From the NCBI GenBank assembly GCA_021813275.1, contig JAKALD010000002.1:1-46552 (forward strand): DNA of 46,552 bases, read 5' to 3'. Position 1 is the stretch's first letter, and the number at the start of each line of letters is the position of its first letter. This DNA is from Pseudomonadota bacterium (lineage in GTDB: Bacteria > Pseudomonadota > Gammaproteobacteria > Burkholderiales > SG8-39). Shown piece by piece: positions 1 to 8,045 of the stretch. Position numbers and translations under genes: made by a program. A model generated the notes under the pieces. That model was not told the origin of the DNA, did not search any database, and worked only from the letters and a program-made list of their open reading frames with translations.

Positions 1-1
1 G

Positions 2-79
2 ATCGGGCTTGCGGTCGAGAACCTGATCTTCCGCAACATCGAGGCCCGCACGGTGCGCAAGTGGGGCATGCAGCATTAA
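2..79 (+). CDS. 3' end of a CDS cut by the window edge; possible NitT/TauT-type ABC transporter permease C-terminus
   Basis: Frame 2 is open from the edge to TAA at 77-79 and gives IGLAVENLIFRNIEARTVRKWGMQH. The E-x-R-x-x-R-K-W type tail resembles sulfonate/taurine/nitrate ABC permease ends. Only 25 residues are visible. Confidence 0.3.
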   Translation: MGLAVENLIFRNIEARTVRKWGMQH

Positions 80-411
80 GGCACAATCCCTGCGAGTTGA
101 GCCTCGCCGAATGCAGTCACGCGATCCAACTTCACTGCCAGCCCGCTGAGCACACTGGGGAAAGCCATCTCTGCTTGAATCGTGAGGTGTGTCAGTTCGA
201 TCACACGGTATTACGGCGGTGCGTACGTCGAGAAGCTACGGCGCCGCGCTATGCCTGTGGCGGGGGTAATAATTTATGACCGCGATGCCATAGGCATTGA
301 GGCGAGTTTCTCGGATTTCGGGAAGCCTGCGTTGGGGAAATTCGTTGTAGGTGAAAACATAGCTAGTGTGCCCATCGCCCCGGGACACAAGCAAGGCCGA
401 AGAGCCTCCCA

Positions 412-1590
412 TTGAACGGCGCTCGATTCCACGTTCTGGCCAAGCCTGCCTCAGCGGCATGCAACCTTACGTGCCGCTATTGCTACTACTTACGCCGGCC
501 TGGGCAGACCGCAGCGCGGCGCATGCGGCGTGAAACTCTGGAGGCCTTCGTGTTCCAGGTGATCGCTGCGCAATCGGAGGCGAAGGAAATCTATTTCAGT
601 TGGCAGGGTGGTGAGCCGACGCTTGCCGGAATCGACTTCTTCCGCGATGCCGTCGAGCTTCAGGAGCGATACCGTCCACCGGGCGCGCACATCCTGAACG
701 CGCTGCAAACGAACGGAACGTTGATTGACGCGGGGTGGGCAACGTTTCTCGCCGAGCACGGCTTTCTCGTCGGAGTGTCGATAGACGGGCCAGCAAGAAT
801 GCACGACCCGCTGCGGCGGTATCCGCGTGGGACAGGAAGTCACGCCCATGCCGTACGCGCGATCGAATGGCTCGCGCGCGCCAGCGTCGAGTTCAACACG
901 CTAACAGTAGTCCACCGGCTCAATTATTTGCACGGCCGCGAAGTGTACAGATTTCTTCGTCGCCTCGGGTCGCGCTACATGCAGTTCATTCCGCTCGTCG
1001 AGCGGCAACTTCCCGACGGTACATTCGCCTCGCCCTCTCCCTCTCCCGAGAATGCAGCTGCACAGCTGGCACCGTGGACTGCGCCGCGCGAGGCGTTTGG
1101 GAGGTTTCTGTGCGAGGTGTTCGACGACTGGTTCGAACGCGACGTTGGAACCGTATCCGTACAGCTCATCGAGGAGCGGATCGCCGCGCTGGCCGGGCTG
1201 CCGGCGCAGCTCTGCGTGTTCGCACCGGACTGTTCCGCTACGCCCATGCTGGAAGCGGATGGCGATGTCTTCGGCTGCGACCATTACGCTTACCCGCCAT
1301 TCCGGCTCGGCAATATCGCCGAGACGCCGATCGGAGAGCTGGTGACCGGGGATTCGCAGCGCGCGTTTGGCCGTCTCAAGCGCGATCCCCTACCGCAGAG
1401 TTGCTTCGATTGCCAGTTCCTCCTGAGCTGCTTCGGTGGCTGTCCAAAACACCGGTTCGTCCCCGTCGCATTTGGGGAAGCTGAGAACTACCTATGCCCT
1501 TCCTACCGGCAGTTTTTCGCGCATACAGCCGTGCACCTCGCTAGACTTGTAAGAACGACCTACGCGGGGACTGGCGATCCCAGATCGTAA
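412..1590 (+). CDS. radical SAM/SPASM maturase, anaerobic sulfatase-maturating enzyme (anSME)-like
   Basis: N-terminus FHVLAKPASAACNLTCRYCYY carries the CxxxCxxC cluster. SWQGGEPTL motif is present. C-terminal SPASM signature CFDCQFLLSCFGGC (Cx2Cx5Cx3C) plus extra Cys (CVFAPDC, GCDHY, YLC). TTG start with a weak SD. Confidence 0.85.
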   Translation: MNGARFHVLAKPASAACNLTCRYCYYLRRPGQTAARRMRRETLEAFVFQVIAAQSEAKEIYFSWQGGEPTLAGIDFFRDAVELQERYRPPGAHILNALQTNGTLIDAGWATFLAEHGFLVGVSIDGPARMHDPLRRYPRGTGSHAHAVRAIEWLARASVEFNTLTVVHRLNYLHGREVYRFLRRLGSRYMQFIPLVERQLPDGTFASPSPSPENAAAQLAPWTAPREAFGRFLCEVFDDWFERDVGTVSVQLIEERIAALAGLPAQLCVFAPDCSATPMLEADGDVFGCDHYAYPPFRLGNIAETPIGELVTGDSQRAFGRLKRDPLPQSCFDCQFLLSCFGGCPKHRFVPVAFGEAENYLCPSYRQFFAHTAVHLARLVRTTYAGTGDPRS

Positions 1591-1979
1591 GCTGGGCCCC
1601 GCGGCTATTCTGGGCACTTCCGGAAGGTACGAATATGAGATCGGAGGTCTCAGACGGCGCGACGGCCCGTTAGGGCGTAGATGAAGCGCGGAGCGGCGAG
1701 GCGGCCGACATAACTCCAGGCGTCTAGGCAAAGGCCGCACAGGAGTTGAAGTTCAATGCCAACATGCGGGATCGGCGGCATTAAAAGTTCGGGTTTGCAA
1801 AACGAGAACCTGCGGCCGTCAGAGTATCGTGCAGTGACCGACAGGCCGAGATAGAGCGACTTCGGCGTGAGCCCGCTTAGTCGATGACCGAGCTCGATCG
1901 GTAGCAAGGGACAGATCGATTGAAGTGTGAGCCACGGAACGCTCAATTTGGGTTTCGTCGCGGTAGGAATTATTGAGGA

Positions 1980-2870
1980 ATGACGATGCAGCTGAGCTGG
2001 CCGTACGAAGGTGCGACGCCGTTGCCCGACAGCGCGGCTCGGTTTTCGCAGGTAGGCTCGAATCTGTGTTTGGATTTTCATGGCGATCCGCTCGCATCGC
2101 AAGTAGTCGTCTTCTCGGACGGCAATCATCACATGGCCCTTGCCGCTGCGCTCGCGGCCTTTCGTTCACGCCACCCAGATGTGAACGACGTCTTCTATGC
2201 AACGACGCCGCCAGGGGTACTTGTCGACGCGATGAAGGCAGGCGTGCTTGTCGTCGGAAACTTGCGCCTCACGGCCCATCCGGATGTTTTCATTGGGCCC
2301 GTAGGCCTTGTCAACCGGCTTCGTGAGGAAGGCAGGCTCGGTGAGCCGCATCCACTGGCCGCGAGCCGCGGCAACGTCATGTTGGTGCGCAAGGGAAATC
2401 CGATGGGGGTCTCGGGCATCGGCGACCTCGCGCGCGAGAACGTGCGGCTGTTCCTCTCCAACCCGGTGACGGAATCGGTCAGCTACCAGATTTACACCAA
2501 AACGCTCCGCCAGCTTGCGGCGCGGCGAGGGATCGACGCGGGTTTTCTCGACGCTGCCGGTGGCCAGTCTTCGCGCCTCGTGTATGGTGAGCGCATCCAC
2601 CACCGCGAGGCGCCCCAGTACATCGCGGACGGGCGCGCCGACGTGGCCATAGTCTTCTATCACCTTGCCCTGCGCTATGTCCGCATCTTTCCCGACCTGT
2701 TCGAGCTTGTAGCGCTCTCGCCGGAGGGCGACCCGGATCAGTTGATCAGCAGTATCGCGGTCGCGAAGACCGTGACGGGCAGCGAATGGGGAGCGCGGCT
2801 GGTCGAGTTCCTGTTAGCCGAGAACGTCGCGCAGATTTACCGCGAGCACGGTCTGGTGCCCGCGCGCTAG
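1980..2870 (+). CDS. periplasmic-binding-protein-fold (ModA/SBP_bac_11-like) anion-binding protein without signal peptide
   Basis: 296 aa. Blocks VVFSDGNHHMALAAA, MLVRKGNPMGVSGIGDL, RADVAIVFYHLA resemble molybdate/tungstate/sulfate-type type II binding proteins. The N-terminus MTMQLSWPYEGATPLPD has no hydrophobic leader. GAGGA SD at 1975-1979 fits the second ATG at 1986 better. Confidence 0.55.
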   Translation: MTMQLSWPYEGATPLPDSAARFSQVGSNLCLDFHGDPLASQVVVFSDGNHHMALAAALAAFRSRHPDVNDVFYATTPPGVLVDAMKAGVLVVGNLRLTAHPDVFIGPVGLVNRLREEGRLGEPHPLAASRGNVMLVRKGNPMGVSGIGDLARENVRLFLSNPVTESVSYQIYTKTLRQLAARRGIDAGFLDAAGGQSSRLVYGERIHHREAPQYIADGRADVAIVFYHLALRYVRIFPDLFELVALSPEGDPDQLISSIAVAKTVTGSEWGARLVEFLLAENVAQIYREHGLVPAR

Positions 2871-3027
2871 TGGTCTTGAGGCGGCGTGATCCGCCCCGCG
2901 AAGGCTGCAATCGACCCGTGGAAGGTCCGATGTCGGCTGGCCGACAGACGCGCTTGTGCCGCAATGCTAATAAGTGCATCAAAAGGACGCATGATCACAA
3001 CTAAGCGGGACACGGAGGAGGTGCACG

Positions 3028-4509
3028 ATGAATACGGTGGCCACCGATGCTCGGGTTGCCCATCCGGCCGCGGGTCGGCATGGGAGCATAACGAAGCCGT
3101 CCGCAGCGCTCTGGCGTAGCTCGGTCGGGCTCGCTCTCGCTTTTCTGCTGCTCTTCGCGATCGCATTTGGCCCCTCCGTTCCGGGGCTCCAGCCCGTGGG
3201 CCAGAAGGTGCTCGGGGTCTTCGCGTGGTTCGTGGTCTGCATGGTTGCCGACGCGCTCCCGATGGCAGTGGTGGGGCTGACCTCGCCGCTGTTACTGGTC
3301 ATCGTTGCGCACATGAAGGTCCCGGACGCGTTCAACGCGTTCAATAAGGACATCTTTTTCCTCGCGACGGGGGCCTTCATTCTTGCCGCGGTGATGATGG
3401 GGACGCCGCTCGGCAAGCGCATCGCCTTCGTGATCGCTGCCGCGACGCGATCCTCCAGCGTGACGCGCATCCTGCTTGGGCTGACTGCCGCACAGCTCGT
3501 CACGCACCCCGTGATTCCGGTCGTCAACGAGACGGCGCTATTTCTGCCCGTGTGCAAAGGCGTCGGATCCTGCATGGAGGGAAAAGAGCATCTCCCTGAA
3601 GCCCGCAGGATCAATACGGCGATCCTCTATCTCATCGCGGGGCTGATGCCCCTGTTCATCGGGCCCCTCATTCTTACCAGCCACTTCCCGAATTTGATCC
3701 TGGCCGCTTACCTGAAGAGCGCGCAGCACATCGATATTTCATGGGGACAGTGGCTTTGGCTCAATCTTCCGCTGTGGGGGCTCCTTCCGATCGTCTTTGT
3801 TTACGTTGTGCGCTACTTTGGGCTCACGGGACTCCAGCTGCCCGGCGCTGAGATCGGGTTGGCGAGGATGAGGGATGATCTCGGCAAGATCACCTGGCCG
3901 GAGCTTTGGGCGCTTGGGTGCCTTGCGATCGCGATGGTCCTGTGGATCGGCGGATGGCTGCAGCCGGGCATGACGGCGCTCCTCGCGGGCTTCCTGATGC
4001 TTCTGCCCTGGAGCGGCATTCGCTTCGGCGAGCTCAATCGCCACATGCTGTGGGACGTGCTCATGCTCCTGGGGGGCGCAATATCGCTGAGCACCGCGCT
4101 TTACAAGTCAGGAGTCGTGAGCTGGCTCGCGCACTTCGTCGCCGCGCCGATCCAGAGCGCGCATCTTCCGCTTCTCGTCGTCCTGGTGCTTCTCGTCTTC
4201 GCGTTTCACGTTCCGCGCGCCGGAATCGTGAGCGCGGTGGCTGCGGGCGCGGCGTTCGTTCCGCTTGTTGCAGGCATCGCCCAAGCGCTGCACTACAGCG
4301 TGCTGCCCTTCACGTTGGTCGTGATCAACAGCCTGAGCTACGCGTTCTTCCTTCCCATCTCGATCACCGCCTTCCTCATCGCGTGGGGCGCTTCGGGAAC
4401 GAGCACCTGGGAGGCGATCAAGTTCGGCGCCCCGCTCTCGATCATCGCGAACCTCTACGTGATCCTGGTTCAGCCGGTCTGGCTGCGCATGATCGGATTT
4501 CCGATGTAA
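3028..4509 (+). CDS. multi-pass anion permease, ion-transporter superfamily (DASS/SLC13- or ArsB/NhaD-like)
   Basis: 493 aa, hydrophobic throughout. Two-halves organisation with re-entrant-like segments (PVVNETALFLP and VVINSLSYAFFLPIS). Strong SD GGAGGAGG upstream of the ATG. Confidence 0.65.
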   Translation: MNTVATDARVAHPAAGRHGSITKPSAALWRSSVGLALAFLLLFAIAFGPSVPGLQPVGQKVLGVFAWFVVCMVADALPMAVVGLTSPLLLVIVAHMKVPDAFNAFNKDIFFLATGAFILAAVMMGTPLGKRIAFVIAAATRSSSVTRILLGLTAAQLVTHPVIPVVNETALFLPVCKGVGSCMEGKEHLPEARRINTAILYLIAGLMPLFIGPLILTSHFPNLILAAYLKSAQHIDISWGQWLWLNLPLWGLLPIVFVYVVRYFGLTGLQLPGAEIGLARMRDDLGKITWPELWALGCLAIAMVLWIGGWLQPGMTALLAGFLMLLPWSGIRFGELNRHMLWDVLMLLGGAISLSTALYKSGVVSWLAHFVAAPIQSAHLPLLVVLVLLVFAFHVPRAGIVSAVAAGAAFVPLVAGIAQALHYSVLPFTLVVINSLSYAFFLPISITAFLIAWGASGTSTWEAIKFGAPLSIIANLYVILVQPVWLRMIGFPM

Positions 4510-4555
4510 CGCCCCCAGGCCGGGTCGGGCGGCCCGAGCGGCGGCGTCGCCCAGG

Positions 4556-6973
4556 TCAACCGAAGCGGATGAACATCGCGGAGGTCCACACCTTCGCGTC
4601 GTCGGCCTGCCGTCCATAGAAGTACACGGGTCGGAAACCGTGGGGGCCGTTCGCCGGCTCGAGCTCGAGCGTACCGGCGACGTCGCGCGGCAAGTCCGCG
4701 TCGGTGACTCGCTCGATCGCGAGAAACAACTCCTTCCCGCCCAGCTCGCGCCGAATGCGACCGGTGCGCAGAAGCTCCTCGCCGCTGATCTCCCAGTCGA
4801 ACGTGGGACAGTGCACGAACGGATTGCCTTCGAGCGGATTGCCGACCTTGACATAGCTGTCGATCCTCCCGGAGACGCGGATCTTGCAAGCTGCGAGATT
4901 GCTTACGTCGATCACGGCGCAATCCGAATCGCCGTAGGTGTCCGTCCGGAATCCGATTTCGGTCGGGCCGGCGCGCCACACGGACTCCTCCGGGTGCTCA
5001 AAGCCGCCGCCTGCGAAAGCATTGATGGTGCCGTTGGTGATGCTGATCGTGCCGCGCCACTCGGCCCAGCGATAGCGATCCGGAATGCGGGCACCTCCCC
5101 AGCGAATCCGGATGCCACGAGCCGAGTACCCGGCTTCCTCGTGGAGGTTGCGATACCAGATTCGCCCTGTGTGATCGTACGCCGCCAGCTCGTCCCAACC
5201 GCCGTTGCCGAGAAACCGGTAGTCGATCTTCACGGCGCCCTTCGAGGCGAATTCGTCGCCCTGGATGTATTTGGCGCAGCGGGTCAAGCCAACGAGGCGC
5301 TCGCCCGTCGCCGCGAATGTGTGGCGTGCCCGTAACGCGCGGCCCACAGTCTGGCGGTCGAGCCTGTCCGCGATGATCCCGGTTATGCCGCCCTTTGTTC
5401 CGAAGACTTGCGTCCCGGGCAAGCCGCCGCCGGGTCGGCCGCGATGCTCGTCGCCGCTCGCCGAGGCACCAAGCTTGTATCCCCGCTCGATGACATCCTG
5501 GTAGAGCCAGCCGAAATGCCCCCAGGCCGAGGTGATCTCGACCAGACGCTCGAGCTCGGGGTGATGCCAGTCCGGTATGTACCGGCGGCCGCCGACGTGC
5601 GGCATGATCAAGTGATTCTCCGGATCGTGCGCGTAGGCAAGCCACAGCTCCTCGATCGGCCAGCGGCCCAGGTCGACCGCGGTGCCCTTCATGTCCTCGT
5701 TCCACGTGAGGGTGCGGTTGTGCTCCCCCTTTTCGTTGTACGGGAATTCGGGTTTCTTCCCGTGAAGGAAGACCACGTTGTGGTCGCCGCCGGCGGTCGA
5801 GCTGCCGCACCACTCCTGGACGGGGTAGCAGACGAGCTCGCCGTCCTTGTGGAACTCGTCCATGGTCTTCACGCCGAGCTCCCAGTTCGCGTCGGTAATT
5901 TGGAAGTCGTTCGCGGTGTAGCTGATCACGTCGAGACCCGCGATATCGCGCGCGTAAGCCGTGTTGTAGGCCGGGCTGTTGGTGCCGACCGTGTCGTGAG
6001 CGTGCACGTGCAAGTCGCCGTAGAACACCCTGGGGCAGGGGGCACTTGCGTCGACTGTAACGTAGTGAACTGCGTCTGCGACGCCAAGCGCGCCGGGCAT
6101 ACGAGCGAGGACCATGAGTTCGCCAGGTTCGCGTGGGAAGTCTCGAACGGCTGCCGTCGCCCACCCTTTGGCGTCGAATTCGATCTCCTTGCGATAGACA
6201 CGCTTGCCGCCGCTCATGGCAGTAATCTCGACCGATCCACCGACATCCATGCAGGCATTACCCCAGCGGTCGTGGGCACTGACCCGCAGGTTGAACGGGA
6301 CCCCGGGGCTTGTGAGCCGCGGTCCGACAAGCGACAGCGACGCTGGGGCTCCGGGGACGATGTCGATGACGACGTCTCCCGGAACGGCCACAAAGCGCGA
6401 GGTCCCGAGCGGATCAACGTAGCAGCGGAAGCGGAACTTGTTCTCGACGAAGGTCTGCACCCTGGTTCCAGGGCCGCCCATGCGCCGATCTCCGAGCCGG
6501 ACGATGATGTGGTCTCCGGCGTTGAGGTAGCCGTCGACGGTATCCACGATGACCGCCTTCTGGAATGGACGCTCGTGTCCTTTCTGGTCGAATCGAACCT
6601 TGAGCGATTGGACCGTTGCCGGGCTCTGGCCCGGCGCGAGCGGGCCAGCCTGATACTCCGCCGAGACGTAATTAGCGCCGCCGGGATCGACTGTCTGGAA
6701 GAGCGCCCAGTCCGAATAGAACTTGAACGTGGCCTTGAACCAGGCGCCGTCGGCGATCCCGGAGCTGCCCACTTCATAGTCGAGGATGATCTCGTTCCAG
6801 CTCCCGGCGGTGAGGCTCTCGACGTTGCAGGTCACTTGTCCGGCAAAAGGCCGGGCCTTGTTGCGCTCGTACAGCCCGGCGGGCGCAACGTAGGATCCGA
6901 GACGGTCGCGGAGCTGGTTTTCGGTGAGCTGCTCTTGCGGAGAAGCTCCGCGCGGATCCACCATTTTGTTCAT
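4556..6973 (-). CDS. large cytoplasmic protein with central PHP/DUF3604-like metal-dependent hydrolase core; N- and C-terminal regions unassigned
   Basis: 805 aa with no signal peptide; SD GGAGA 7 nt before the ATG. Ordered His/Asp motifs: YGDLHVHAHDT, GGDHNVVFLH, MPHVGGRRY, EITSAWGHFGW, ASGDEHRGRPGG. Confidence 0.6.
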   Translation of the reverse strand: MNKMVDPRGASPQEQLTENQLRDRLGSYVAPAGLYERNKARPFAGQVTCNVESLTAGSWNEIILDYEVGSSGIADGAWFKATFKFYSDWALFQTVDPGGANYVSAEYQAGPLAPGQSPATVQSLKVRFDQKGHERPFQKAVIVDTVDGYLNAGDHIIVRLGDRRMGGPGTRVQTFVENKFRFRCYVDPLGTSRFVAVPGDVVIDIVPGAPASLSLVGPRLTSPGVPFNLRVSAHDRWGNACMDVGGSVEITAMSGGKRVYRKEIEFDAKGWATAAVRDFPREPGELMVLARMPGALGVADAVHYVTVDASAPCPRVFYGDLHVHAHDTVGTNSPAYNTAYARDIAGLDVISYTANDFQITDANWELGVKTMDEFHKDGELVCYPVQEWCGSSTAGGDHNVVFLHGKKPEFPYNEKGEHNRTLTWNEDMKGTAVDLGRWPIEELWLAYAHDPENHLIMPHVGGRRYIPDWHHPELERLVEITSAWGHFGWLYQDVIERGYKLGASASGDEHRGRPGGGLPGTQVFGTKGGITGIIADRLDRQTVGRALRARHTFAATGERLVGLTRCAKYIQGDEFASKGAVKIDYRFLGNGGWDELAAYDHTGRIWYRNLHEEAGYSARGIRIRWGGARIPDRYRWAEWRGTISITNGTINAFAGGGFEHPEESVWRAGPTEIGFRTDTYGDSDCAVIDVSNLAACKIRVSGRIDSYVKVGNPLEGNPFVHCPTFDWEISGEELLRTGRIRRELGGKELFLAIERVTDADLPRDVAGTLELEPANGPHGFRPVYFYGRQADDAKVWTSAMFIRFG

Positions 6974-7088
6974 CGCTGGTCTCCGATAACACGAGTTCTA
7001 TGAGCGGACAACGCAAGGTGTATCGCCGCGTTCGTCTCGTCGCGACGCGAGCTCTACCCGGCGCGCAATTCGGAAAAATCGGCTAGAG

Positions 7089-7104
7089 TTGCCTCTATTG
7101 GCAA
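7089..7104. promoter_or_regulatory. 16-bp palindrome TTGCC-N6-GGCAA in the divergent region between the 805-aa gene and the Crp/Fnr gene; candidate operator
   Basis: TTGCCtctattGGCAA at 7089-7104, with a third TTGCC half-site at 7120-7124. The 5-N6-5 geometry matches CRP-type sites, but the half-site sequence is not the CRP or FNR consensus. Confidence 0.25.
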
Positions 7105-7225
7105 ATGCGGAACAGGCACTTGCCGAGTCGTGCAGCGCGTTCATAGCCCGCATTGATCCTCGAGCGCCATCGGTATTTCAGCAGAGCCGGAGTAGATCCG
7201 TCTGTCAGCCAGCCGACATCGACCC

Positions 7226-7984
7226 GTGCCAGATGAAAGGACCCTCGTGAATCGTGCAAGGCCAAGCAAAGCGCTTGTGCGACGGACCGCGCCGAGGGTT
7301 CGGACACAACCGACCGCGCCATCGAATTTTCTGGCGCAGCTAGAAAAAGCCGACTTGGCGGATCTGCAGGCGATCGGTGTCGTCAAGCGCTTTTCCCGAG
7401 GCGAGTACGTCTTTCGCGCGGGCGCGCCGGGCAACAATGTCTATTTTCTACGAAGCGGCAAAGTCAAGATTTACCAGCTGTCGCCCGCCGGCCGCGCCGT
7501 GATCCTGTGGTTCTGCTTTGAAGGGGAAATATTTGGTCTCGCCGAGGTGGCGCGAGGCGGCGGACGAGTGGTGAGTGCTCAAGCCTGCGACGCCTCGGAG
7601 GTAATCGCAGCTCCCCAAGACAAGTTCAGAGAATTTCTACTCAGTCACCCAAGGAGCGCCTTGTTGTGCATGGAGGTATTGGCCTCGCGCATGCGCATCC
7701 TTGGAGAGATCTTCGTGAACTTGGTGTCAGACGACGTCAACACGCGGCTCGCGAAGCTCATTCTGCGCTTGGGGGCGCGCTACGGCAGGCGCATAGGCAA
7801 GGACATCGTGCTCAACATTCCGCTCACGCACCAAGAGATTGCGGATATGGTCGGGACGACGCGTCAGACCGTCACAAGCAGCCTGAACGCCCTCAAGCGG
7901 CAGGGCGTGCTCAGCATAGACAACCACCTCATCCGCATCGAGAGCCAAGAGGTTTTGAACGAATTGTCGGGCGACGGTACATAG
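7226..7984 (+). CDS. Crp/Fnr family transcriptional regulator
   Basis: cNMP-binding-like beta-roll (FSRGEYVFRAGAPGNNVYFLRSGKVKIY) and C-terminal HTH (LTHQEIADMVGTTRQTVTSSLNALKRQGVL). No N-terminal Cys cluster, so it is not a classical O2-sensing FNR. GTG start; the true start could be further downstream. Confidence 0.85.
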   Translation: MPDERTLVNRARPSKALVRRTAPRVRTQPTAPSNFLAQLEKADLADLQAIGVVKRFSRGEYVFRAGAPGNNVYFLRSGKVKIYQLSPAGRAVILWFCFEGEIFGLAEVARGGGRVVSAQACDASEVIAAPQDKFREFLLSHPRSALLCMEVLASRMRILGEIFVNLVSDDVNTRLAKLILRLGARYGRRIGKDIVLNIPLTHQEIADMVGTTRQTVTSSLNALKRQGVLSIDNHLIRIESQEVLNELSGDGT

Positions 7985-8045
7985 ATCTGAGGCATGGGCG
8001 ATATGTGGAAAATCTGCTCTGCGCGTTCAGCCATGCACTATAGGC

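Noticed and set aside
236-460. 74-aa minus-strand ORF (and ORF 61-279) in the A/T-richer spacer before the maturase, considered as a toxin/antitoxin or integrase fragment
   Set aside because: No recognisable motif and no SD. Codon bias is ambiguous between strands, and the ORF overlaps the maturase start. BLASTX would be needed, and I cannot support a call.
6029-6046. SAPCPR in the 805-aa protein as a formylglycine (C/S-x-P/A-x-R) target for the maturase
   Set aside because: The register does not fit either way: S-A-P-C-P has Pro, not Arg, at position 5, and C-P-R lacks the x-P-x spacing. It also lies directly before the HxH metal motif, and the downstream L/M-T-G is absent.
5408-7003. 531-aa plus-strand ORF (and the 388-aa ORF 4998-6164 in another minus frame) overlapping the 805-aa gene
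   Set aside because: The translations are Arg/Ala/Gly/Pro-rich low-complexity strings with no motifs. Long open alternative frames are expected in high-GC DNA, and the 805-aa frame alone has motif content and a proper SD.
7099-7124. TGGCA...TTGCC read as a sigma-54 (-24/-12) promoter upstream of the Crp/Fnr gene
   Set aside because: The spacing between the GG and GC dinucleotides does not match TGGCAC-N5-TTGC, and no enhancer-binding protein gene is nearby.
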